From: Methanobacteriota archaeon
GTDB taxonomy: Archaea > Thermoplasmatota > Poseidoniia > Poseidoniales > Thalassarchaeaceae
Length of the DNA stretch: 64,000 nt
Direction of reading: 5' to 3'
NCBI GenBank assembly: GCA_002719615.1
Contig: PBHZ01000002.1
Coordinates: 49,007 to 113,006 of the forward strand
The notes beneath the pieces were generated by a model that did not search any database, was not told where the DNA came from, and was given only the letters and a program-made list of their open reading frames with translations. Shown here piece by piece: positions 31,401-37,978 of the stretch. The stretch's first letter is position 1; every line of letters starts with the position of its first letter. A program made the position numbers and the translations under genes.

Positions 31401-32177
31401 GCTCCCGGTGCACCATCAATTATCAATTTTGATTTCATCAATGATGGAAATGGAGATGATGTATTCACATTTGACTTCTCTGTAGATTCCTCGGAAAATT
31501 GGAATATAGCAGGAATAAACTCTCAGCCAATTGCTCCATTTTCAGAAGGTCAAACCTCGGTTACAATTACTCCTCCAATTAATATGTCTGAAGATCCCTA
31601 TAAACTAAGTCTTTCAGTAACCGACACTGCAGATAATTCTTATGGTCCATTTGATGTGATTATTCAAAAATCATCTCCAATACTATCTTTGTCCTCTTCA
31701 TCAAAGATTCAACTATTGAGTGGTGATTCTGGGCCAATAGCTGGAGAAATTGCCACATATCTAGTCAAAGTAGAAAATGATGGACTTATCGATGCCGAGT
31801 CAGTAGAACTAAATGTGATTCTTTGTGAAGATATCTATTGTAATGAAAGAATAAATGTCAACGGTTCTGATATTCGCAATGTACCTGCAAATGGTGAAGC
31901 CACCTTCTATGTTGAAATGAATTTCAAAAATATTGAAGTAGGTAAATATTTCGTTCAAATATACTTCACAGATATACCTCGAATAGATTCCAGTGATCTT
32001 ATGTCTTGTGTAGATTTGACTCCTGGTCAGACAGAATGTACCATGGAAGCCCAAACTCTAGCTCCTGGTACAGATACGGAACAACCTATTTTGGGTTATG
32101 CTGTTGGTATATTTTTAGTAATCATAATTTTATATATAATTAGTCGCTCCACCAGAAGACCGGGAGCACCATTCTAG
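22497..32177 (+). CDS. aglB: Giant fusion protein (3226 aa): polytopic N-terminal block + STT3/AglB oligosaccharyltransferase core + about 2000 aa of beta-sandwich (CarboxypepD_reg / SdrD-B / CARDB-like) repeats + C-terminal TM anchor
   Basis: STT3 motifs occur in canonical order: GGSDPWYMKR, MVDHDSF (DxD-type), GTIGEAQ (TIxE) and SWWDYGFS...VADNFQSG (WWDYG). C-terminal repeats include IEGTVSLDGEGIVPNARILIE and VKGTVFWDLNDNQQPNLGEGVSNVTVTLN. Terminal TM is ILGYAVGIFLVIIILYIISRSTRR. Confidence 0.85.
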   Translation: MEKNEEAAKGNFFYQDITSVPIILATLMVLYFGISFAVNGDIGNEEYMNVLILPLSAAFASAIGRISTSLQFSKSNTLQSFIIPITIVALAFTIDFIANFSNNVFILTFTLVGLMSILLSNSNRIEENNLLLSTVIGFHLAISYASSLTFDPGLDIDSQRTDIGIAFISFWLASISIGFTLVGFLKGVIDKVGKNPLFADIPIFKENKSFVIFSSIISIVYIIPLFRYDSFESLGVIWAVSTSLIILFYAYCYFEKWHVLGSLILVNWFIFTMAHLQEIGNNFYPSIFEEESFTGAFSWFFITFWLNVGAITLSSKGFFGDIAPRRSPSKFRMWWDSNYYSILIPLSFIVALTVRVVWNVIPAMNAPGTGTWDMSGGSDPWYMKRIVDYILANNSHLIFDADRAYPMGAINPRPPLFTWSLALGGMGLSWILESDNTGEVVWWSLASLPAIYGALVVFPVAGIANRVHGKKAAIITAWLIALMPGHISRSTFGMVDHDSFAILLLSTAFYFWIKSISSMNQERIFQKTSSNPLYLFAGIRETWRRNPKVMSNATLAGIAFAVMALGWKGFVYGPGILFLVFSLQVFFNLFRSKDSLQLTAASLQMLFTVLLIPLPFYAWPGLNLVLDPSGLQPLFYIIGFTLLLGWTSCSFRDKPWLLVLGVGAILISLTLASLYLLQEANLYAGWDILFSGGFYFDKNKIFGTIGEAQAPSRGVLFASYGPIVALIGLGCAFVFLWRGARTNKMAFTLLGSWGIISTYMAWSAGRFIINATPVMAILGGIGIAMLWQSANFANFSKEWRNSGIGTPRARFNSLWPATKRSVGVPVLMVVFMLVFTQHVTYGIDSGIPRNSQSATDVDKAIYDITPDILRENLLGEFSILGGGDYDPSSVNGLEYMGTFGPSFNSYGWNDAYAWLEEQDRDKGFSNRPAFLSWWDYGFSALAQGQHPTVADNFQSGIPHSGGMLLSQGQDDTIALFIATLAMGDKKYNNDKVSPELLDSILDPMSTTQVQEFADILSNKKSSFVLDRTIKLHASSDDIELLSGYLLDSNGIPSTTEEWIVVDASGLRTSLGENKSAALSLYNQTRGSSSVSSTASSWNDNLPPSHYYIGNYKYTNDLIQDFDSPSTAIHKTNSKLAMLRNFLVTAFETDELVDIYHSLSSITYSVQDYDNSLGENVERNNEIRYFAIDNRLYPLGGAYYEDYGYHRGQTTGIFHAPTGLSGLDMDDYIATFYQSQRGDGPIVPRTPQEYNDAYLSDLELQQSGALSDSSQVIRYVDIDYQHQENFFETMVAKTYVGYGSSTLGLEGDAETPSVWVNPSATNRIGAPGSYLQNAWTLPGAMMNHMVISNWYDNDYDNDGTLNANDDSKCEASIESNTTSNLTVGDENIELYDASQFPFIGGASLYHFEGNLSIDWTGKDGNTLTGVSGISKDVSMNSLLSHNPNPLCNSIYDSNHFVKILKYYSGATIEGTVSLDGEGIVPNARILIERDAFSGEDVIDHDSRTYWIPIGYTDANSEGEFSFTVPSGKIRVSAFIGEPDLDSARAAIMSSDVGQTMFELTIENNNQQRAINHVSGILGNVSGSTWLSETVINVSGEQGHSNGAEKIEVSIDVSSSSSSGVLSWSGNADFDGDPILDAQVILSPSSEKIVMDDYIVTTSNGSVEGIDLQFQGEGEVSFSGPGSVRSDNILSVSDFTGTHIQSIYNNHSVSGDGLFTGVGQISNALIHDMIEINDCENNSIPEGENICKLAEEEYLMDGSINASGKYTSVGVSTFTRSLNQATLIGSGTFTTSDDEDLDSYGIINGTGTFSGTGIFSGPMVQPGTFTVNNAIPGLYDISLILEDGSTVDLDDTFNVPLLSSLAPVLVDVPAGSISGSLIDSSGEVVNSPISLIPDDNTSVSDDAVEDCSIVGYAPCLIYPDEEGKIIFGPITPGSYIAEIDSDMDGMPEVKEIFVFDTDTPVDAIFPSPLPDTSDIHFTILDEGETLGDLNISFYPVNAPDQQVSAKYNSESTDYFVELTHGTWILSHNIDDNKQIWESIDVGSEDMNLEINIEISKKISGIVKNTIQTDPITGDPVEDALPNTLVSFYWNNLSTSTYTNLEGEFEVTLPINSVVDISVQYSLDKAYSSNIRFTVNDILSDSQNITLIVEESVIIEGTVSIDVIGNYYSDTLKDWSEISVIASQTPENSSLPEIRQIVDSSGNFQMYMKEGDWKFSLTGNSLESTDQNISINSTNKIVDLTMVSAKSTILIDFYIDHSEDGNISNGTPVSYPFAIKSLNPFIPDREISSDSSEWISEGRAEVSLTPGSYSIVIDRPNPDSGNLFDTLYTTNDNIHIGLISENISTSIAFEPNWLTNITFNNESGGALSDHLVRFKDIENGWLLSFMTDSSGSISEYIPEGEWMVIIETFEADVGIYQSLRESVSISSSSAGLNSSMNTAEVAMVNIILLDDNSPLSDVQINLISTERGIVDSPYSNDLGIIDLKIEPGLWNLELNYTDSEGVMWIIESMPISDSGLTAGNNTEVLLNVTKLVTVKGTVFWDLNDNQQPNLGEGVSNVTVTLNSTTENHILTTDENGAWSTYLLYGGTWNISTYIEGFSNESSTISLISNSNSKHIQITAGTVPVSGSISYIDEDQFNQIKDDLTILLVPAEGIIRDRVIPNLVLDSSSSWNGEWNAMVEPGDWTVWAFGSSSSDVTYLVSVDSIDVGVDGGTIDSELSLGGKLLLNTEWLDYDGISHPLTDIESHNIVIKLQESGISWDESLNSEGLLELILPVGRMDASSSFNITQEERDMDYYGGQGATIRPSQDTPVTTLVIDRLSKQDISVSDIGDGHALLSLNNTNCASDCDYENVEFRLKIDYLGHQAFDSYSVTAVVPGADGDEWAVEFKNSTGSWTSSTTIDLGLQNTLVLDNFDVRVNPPNESVAHHLSNGHQIRIIFTTDQGYSLEHPLLVNVPQNNMFSSIGYAEEVIGVAPGAPSIINFDFINDGNGDDVFTFDFSVDSSENWNIAGINSQPIAPFSEGQTSVTITPPINMSEDPYKLSLSVTDTADNSYGPFDVIIQKSSPILSLSSSSKIQLLSGDSGPIAGEIATYLVKVENDGLIDAESVELNVILCEDIYCNERINVNGSDIRNVPANGEATFYVEMNFKNIEVGKYFVQIYFTDIPRIDSSDLMSCVDLTPGQTECTMEAQTLAPGTDTEQPILGYAVGIFLVIIILYIISRSTRRPGAPF

Positions 32178-32211
32178 AATCACCAGTGATTACGGATGCG
32201 TATGATTTATT

Positions 32212-33450
32212 ATGACACAAAGTTTTGATAATTTAGAGCTTCTACCAGAGCCTGAAGATCCAGATATTCTGACTGCTATTGACAAGAATGCACCAGGATA
32301 TCCGGGCCAGCTTTATGGGGTAAGCGATAAAGATGCAAAGATTTTACGTAGATTTTTTGTGCCTGTAAAACGCTTTATTTGGCCTTGGGGGGCGTTAGCG
32401 TTCACATTTTTTACTGCCTTTCTTATAGTTGGATGGCCATTTATTGATGCCTTCCTTTCTCCATATCTTCCAGATTCTGAATGGGCGTATGAAGATACAG
32501 GGATCAGAGAAATACAGAATATGGGCTATTTGGGAGAAGGCATAAGAGTCTGTATGGTCGATACAGGGATAGATCTTAATCACCCAGATTTAATGCATAT
32601 TTCTTTATCTGGATTCAGAGATTTCTACTATAATGATCATTCTGATATTAGAGATATAGGGGATAATTTTCACGGGACTCTGATGTCTGGTATATTACTA
32701 TCAAATGGAACATTCATTGGAGCGGCTCCAAAAATCTCTCTATCTGTTGCAATATCTCTAGGGCCTTCAGGAAAATCTGGTCAAGAAGATATGGTTTCAC
32801 AGGCGATAAGATGGTGCAGAATTTCGCAAGATGCAGATATTATCAGCTTAAGTCTTGGAGCTAACCCAGGAATGGGAATGGATGATGAATCTGAGACAGT
32901 CATTGCAGTTCAAGAAGCATTAGATGCTGGTATCTTTGTAGTTGCTGCTGCAGGAAACACTGGACTAGATGAAGAAATAACAGATGTTTCCATCCCTGCC
33001 AATATTGAGGGCGTTATTTCAGTAGCTGCAACAAATAAAAATGGTAATATTTGGAAAAATAGTGCAATCGGATCATCTATAGATTCATATACGGGAGAAG
33101 AAAGACTCTTCCCAAATCAAAAACCAGAAATTTCTGCCCCGGGTGTCAGACTGTATTCTACATATTCATCTAGTTCAGATTCTTCTCTTTATGCTTATTC
33201 TTCTGGTACTAGCGATTCAACGGTTTTGGTTACAGGTGCCTTAGCATTAATTTTGGAGAGATATTACGAAGATATTGCTGGAGAAGATGGTAAAATAGAT
33301 TACTCAGAAATCAATCGAGTTAAGTTAGCATTGGCAAATTCAGCAATTTCTGATGATAAAAACATGCCTCATCATCCTCAAAAAGGATATGGTAAATTAA
33401 ATGCTATTTCTTGGTCCGATGAAATTAAAATTGAGTTCGGTGTCGAGTAA
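32212..33450 (+). CDS. Membrane-anchored subtilisin-family (S8) serine protease
   Basis: Catalytic triad contexts VCMVDTGIDLNHPDL (Asp), HGTLMSGIL (His) and SGTSDSTVLVTGALALI (Ser). N-terminal TM WGALAFTFFTAFLIVGWPF. Confidence 0.9.
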   Translation: MTQSFDNLELLPEPEDPDILTAIDKNAPGYPGQLYGVSDKDAKILRRFFVPVKRFIWPWGALAFTFFTAFLIVGWPFIDAFLSPYLPDSEWAYEDTGIREIQNMGYLGEGIRVCMVDTGIDLNHPDLMHISLSGFRDFYYNDHSDIRDIGDNFHGTLMSGILLSNGTFIGAAPKISLSVAISLGPSGKSGQEDMVSQAIRWCRISQDADIISLSLGANPGMGMDDESETVIAVQEALDAGIFVVAAAGNTGLDEEITDVSIPANIEGVISVAATNKNGNIWKNSAIGSSIDSYTGEERLFPNQKPEISAPGVRLYSTYSSSSDSSLYAYSSGTSDSTVLVTGALALILERYYEDIAGEDGKIDYSEINRVKLALANSAISDDKNMPHHPQKGYGKLNAISWSDEIKIEFGVE

Positions 33451-33540
33451 ATAATTTAAAACATAATATTCTCTGTAATATGACATTCTCACATTGCCAT
33501 TACTCCTATCTTTAAATGAACACAACACTCCTCAAACATT

Positions 33541-36500
33541 ATGAGGGAGCGCTTTAGAGTGAGTATTATGAGTAACAATGTAAGGTCAAGAAGTTCGTTT
33601 CTAGTTTTCTTAATGATTTCTAGCCTTCTAGTTTCATTTATCGGTCCAGTTTCTACAGTTTCTGCCTCAAACGAAACCTCTGTGGGGACAATTACCGGTA
33701 CTGAAACATGGTCTGGGCTTCATCAATTAACTGGAGATGTTACAATTGCAACAGGTGCGCAATTAATCATCAATCCAGGCACAACTATCTCTGCATCCAA
33801 TGGAACGCATATTGATGTAAGAGGGAGTATTTGCATAGGTGAAATCAGTTGCGGTGCTAGTTCTAATGCTAATCCAAGTCAAAAAATAACATTCCAATGG
33901 TCTAATCCAGTCAATGAAAGTGCTACAGGCGATTGTCTCGATCTAGAACAAAATGGACAAAAGATTACGGTTACAGACCCCTCTTGTTACGAGGGTATCC
34001 TTATCAGGAGTTCTATTGACTTGTCATTAACCGGCATCAGATACTTGGTAATGGATGGGGCTTATGGTGTCCCTCATTTTATTGATGCCGTAAATGAATG
34101 GAGATATGGAGCACTGGTTATTGACGGAGCTAGTCCTGTTATCACAAACATAGATTTCAATGATATCAACACTTCCAGTGTTTTAACAACCAGTCTCGCT
34201 CAACCTACATTTATCGATAGCTCATTTTCCGTAGGTAATGATGATGAAAGTGGAGTTGGTGGTTCTGCAATGCAAATTTATGCATCTGGATCTTCAGTAG
34301 CACCATTTACATTAGATAATCCATATTTCAAAGATGGAACAGAAAGAGGTTGTGAACAAAACGCGGGCGGACGTTCTGCAATGTGGATACAGGATTCTTT
34401 TGTTGATATCGATAATGCTGATATTCAATTCGGAGACTATGGATTATCAATTCGAAACTCAGCCGGGGAAATATCAAATTCAGTAATTTCAGTTACTTGC
34501 ACAGGCGTAGGGATTCAAGGTAAAAGAACTGTAAGTTCCAACTCTTTTCCATTTGACGTACTCAACAATGAGATTACAACTGATCAAGGAGGACCAATAG
34601 TAGTTACTTCCCAAGGCTTAACAAATATAATTTCAAATGAAATTTCAGGATCTAGTCAGGGTTCGGGAATAGTTGTAGTTGCCAGTCAGGCAGAAATACA
34701 CAATAATGAAATCGGCCCAATTGGAGGTTGGAATGGAATATGGTTACGAAGTACATTTGATGTAGTTGTCGAGAATAACAGTATTGCAGAAACTAATGCT
34801 GAACCAATTGTTGCAGGTAGTTATTACTATTCGGATACAGCCATATCACGTTTATACCTTGCAAATAATGAAATTTCAACGGATGGTACTGGAACGTGTT
34901 CAAGCAATAAGTGGTGGGGCGGTGAATTTGCATGTCCTGCTGTAATGATATTCAGAACAGGAACAACTATTCATGATAATGATATTTCAGCCGGTGCTGC
35001 AAATGGAATTATGGCTATTGGGTCATTGTTAGATGTACAAAGAAATACGTTCGATGGGGCATCAACAGGTGCGGTAATAAAGAATTATGATGATGGCGCT
35101 TTAGGAAGTCAACAGTATGGTTCTCTGGCATTTTTTGCTGAAAATACATGGTTAAATGTTGAAAAGACTTACAATATTACGAAGAGTTCTGTAACTGTTC
35201 AATCTGAGTCAATACCTAGTGCGCCTTCCGGTGAGCATCCGGTTCGTCTCTCTTGGCCGGATCAAGAAGCATGGTCATACAATAATTTTCAAACATCAAT
35301 AGTCCCTCCTCCAATAAAAAATTGTCCTGCTTGTGATGAGATATTACCCAGAAACTTTCCTTTGGCAATTAGTATGGACAATAATTCTACTGTATTTACG
35401 TTTTCTAATCTGACTAATCTAGATACCGATAATATCTTTATTGAAACTCAACCAACACACTATGCAGTTCAAGTCAGCCGTGCAGAATTAGTACGATTAC
35501 AAGCACTTATCAACGGTCTAAAGGTATCTGAAGCTTTGGTTTTGATAGAAGATGCACTAGGAAATGATTTGTATTCTCTAATTACCGATGAAAATGGATA
35601 TACTCCCTGGTTTTCTTTACCTTCCAATTTCCATCTTGACTTCAGAGGACTGGGTGGCGGAGATAATCCGGATGGCTTCGCTGATGATGAATACGAAGAC
35701 TCATGTTTCGATGGCATAGATAATGATGGTGATTTGACTCTAGACATGGATGATTCTGATTGTGACTACTCACAGGGAACTAGGGAACTTTCACGTTACT
35801 TCTATACAATATACAAATTTGATGCAGGTTATAAAACCGGAGAATTTACACTCGATGAATCAACATATCAAGACTCTATAGAATTAGAAAATATCGCACC
35901 GACCGTTTCAATAACTCAAGATGATTATCATTCCTACAGAAATATCGTAAATATAACTGGAAGTGCGCATGATGGTATCTTATCCAACGCATATGCAACT
36001 GATGAACTCGCACAGTGGAGTCAGAGAGGTTATGTACACAGTGTAGAAGTCAAGAATCCATTTACAAGTTCATGGGAAACTGCTTCTCTTGCAGTAGATG
36101 ATAGCGGCGCTGATCCTGCTAAAGTAACAAGGTTTAATCATCCATTCAAAGATTGGTATTATGAACTTGATATGTCAGATAAACAAGAAGGCAATTATCT
36201 GTTTGAATTCCGTGCCTTCGATGGTACTGATTACAGTCCAGTTGTTTCTAAATTAATTAAGTTAAACACCGAAGCACCAACTATCTTAGTAACCAATCCT
36301 AGTTCACTTTCCACACATTCTGATGGTACAATTCATTTCGAAGGTTATGCATCTGATTCATACGGTTGTGATATTGGAGAATGTAACAAAGATATTGATA
36401 AAATCTATCTCTTGATTGAAGGGCCATCCATTGGCGATATAGATGGTGATGGGGAAGACGACTCATTTAGGATGCCAGTCCCAGTAGATGCAAGCGAAAT

Positions 36501-37878
36501 GGGCGAAGATGGTTATTGGAATTGGACATGGGATTTTAATTCACGACCACGTGAATCTGCAGAATACACTGTAACAATCTGGGCTTCGGACTCTGACTTT
36601 TGCATTGGGGTGATAGATGTATGTCAAGCATATACATTGTCACTAATTGTTGATAATACTAACTTAGCACCAATTATTAATATTAATCAACCTGTAAATG
36701 GTATGCGTTTATCAGTTTCAGATTCAAATCTTGTTAGTGGTGTTGCTAGAGACTTCGATGGAGATATTTCTAGAGTGGAAATAGAAGTAAAAGATATTGA
36801 ACGAGATTTTATGATAGTTGCAGAAAAAACTATTATCGACTTCTCTGAAAATGGTGAATGGAATTGGACATGGGATACAACTAACTTGTTAAGACATGAC
36901 TCATCATATTTGTTGAGGTTTAGATCATATGATGGTTACGATTACAGCACATGGACTTCAATAGAGATTATCGCTGATAATCCTCCAGGTAAAGATAATA
37001 CCCAGCCAATATTTAGTGCTGATGGCTGGATAGAAAATATTGTTTTGTATTGTGATACCATATCTAAAGCATCAAACAGATGTACTACTGGGGAAATTAA
37101 TTTATTTGATTATTTTAGTGATTTAGAAGATAATATTGAATATATTTCTGTATTCAATAACGATGATTTACCCTATGATGATAATTATGGAATAGTTGTT
37201 AAGGTTTCTAATTCCGGAATCGCAACTTACAATCCGACTGATATGAATTATTATGATACTGATATATCAACTTGGTCACTTCCCAATGTAATATTCGAAG
37301 CCACTGATTCTTTGGGGTCTAAGATAAACTCTAATCCAGTTTCTTTTGAAGTAAAGCCTATCCAGTTTGTAATCTCAGAACCTGATAGTAATTCAGTTGA
37401 TGATGAAGGAGTTGTAGTCTATTCTGGAGTTGGATTACCTGGTCAAAAGGTATCCGTGATAATTAATGGTAATCAGATAAATAGTACAATTGTTTCTTCT
37501 AATTCAACATGGGAATTGGGAGTCCCCGGTTCTAGAATCTCTGGTTCTTCAGTCACTCCTTCGTTTGTGATGGGGGGACAAGATCCTGTTATTGTTGAAA
37601 CAATCTACAAAGGCACTCAAGAAGAGAGTGGTTTCCCAACCGGGATTGTCATTGGTTTGGTCATAGTAATATTATTAATTAGTGCTTTTGGATATTTCTT
37701 TGTAGAGTTAGAAACAGATGAACAACCAAAAACGGATATTGAAGTGAATAAAAATTTCGGCCTTGAAAACCAAGTAGAAACAGATTCAAATAAACTTGAG
37801 AAACATGAAGATCACCCAGGATGGTTATGGGATCCAGAAAAAGAAGAATGGATACCAGACCCAGATCATTCTTGGTAA
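33541..37878 (+). CDS. Giant surface protein (1445 aa): signal peptide, right-handed parallel beta-helix (PbH1) repeats, Ig-like modules, C-terminal TM anchor with Trp-rich acidic tail
   Basis: Signal FLVFLMISSLLVSFIGPVSTVSA. Successive beta-helix rungs: VLNNEITTDQGGPIVV, ISNEISGSSQGSGIVV, IHNNEIGPIGGWNGIWL, VENNSIAETNAEPIVA, IHDNDISAGAANGIMA. TM IVIGLVIVILLISAFGYFFV. The start could instead be ATG 33568. Confidence 0.8.
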   Translation: MRERFRVSIMSNNVRSRSSFLVFLMISSLLVSFIGPVSTVSASNETSVGTITGTETWSGLHQLTGDVTIATGAQLIINPGTTISASNGTHIDVRGSICIGEISCGASSNANPSQKITFQWSNPVNESATGDCLDLEQNGQKITVTDPSCYEGILIRSSIDLSLTGIRYLVMDGAYGVPHFIDAVNEWRYGALVIDGASPVITNIDFNDINTSSVLTTSLAQPTFIDSSFSVGNDDESGVGGSAMQIYASGSSVAPFTLDNPYFKDGTERGCEQNAGGRSAMWIQDSFVDIDNADIQFGDYGLSIRNSAGEISNSVISVTCTGVGIQGKRTVSSNSFPFDVLNNEITTDQGGPIVVTSQGLTNIISNEISGSSQGSGIVVVASQAEIHNNEIGPIGGWNGIWLRSTFDVVVENNSIAETNAEPIVAGSYYYSDTAISRLYLANNEISTDGTGTCSSNKWWGGEFACPAVMIFRTGTTIHDNDISAGAANGIMAIGSLLDVQRNTFDGASTGAVIKNYDDGALGSQQYGSLAFFAENTWLNVEKTYNITKSSVTVQSESIPSAPSGEHPVRLSWPDQEAWSYNNFQTSIVPPPIKNCPACDEILPRNFPLAISMDNNSTVFTFSNLTNLDTDNIFIETQPTHYAVQVSRAELVRLQALINGLKVSEALVLIEDALGNDLYSLITDENGYTPWFSLPSNFHLDFRGLGGGDNPDGFADDEYEDSCFDGIDNDGDLTLDMDDSDCDYSQGTRELSRYFYTIYKFDAGYKTGEFTLDESTYQDSIELENIAPTVSITQDDYHSYRNIVNITGSAHDGILSNAYATDELAQWSQRGYVHSVEVKNPFTSSWETASLAVDDSGADPAKVTRFNHPFKDWYYELDMSDKQEGNYLFEFRAFDGTDYSPVVSKLIKLNTEAPTILVTNPSSLSTHSDGTIHFEGYASDSYGCDIGECNKDIDKIYLLIEGPSIGDIDGDGEDDSFRMPVPVDASEMGEDGYWNWTWDFNSRPRESAEYTVTIWASDSDFCIGVIDVCQAYTLSLIVDNTNLAPIININQPVNGMRLSVSDSNLVSGVARDFDGDISRVEIEVKDIERDFMIVAEKTIIDFSENGEWNWTWDTTNLLRHDSSYLLRFRSYDGYDYSTWTSIEIIADNPPGKDNTQPIFSADGWIENIVLYCDTISKASNRCTTGEINLFDYFSDLEDNIEYISVFNNDDLPYDDNYGIVVKVSNSGIATYNPTDMNYYDTDISTWSLPNVIFEATDSLGSKINSNPVSFEVKPIQFVISEPDSNSVDDEGVVVYSGVGLPGQKVSVIINGNQINSTIVSSNSTWELGVPGSRISGSSVTPSFVMGGQDPVIVETIYKGTQEESGFPTGIVIGLVIVILLISAFGYFFVELETDEQPKTDIEVNKNFGLENQVETDSNKLEKHEDHPGWLWDPEKEEWIPDPDHSW

Positions 37879-37978
37879 TTGCATTACAAAATTTTTTGGT
37901 TAAATATGTTGTCAATTTAAAAAATGCATGAATCTTTTCTCACCAACATTATTGAATGATGATTCGGGTTGACCGGCT

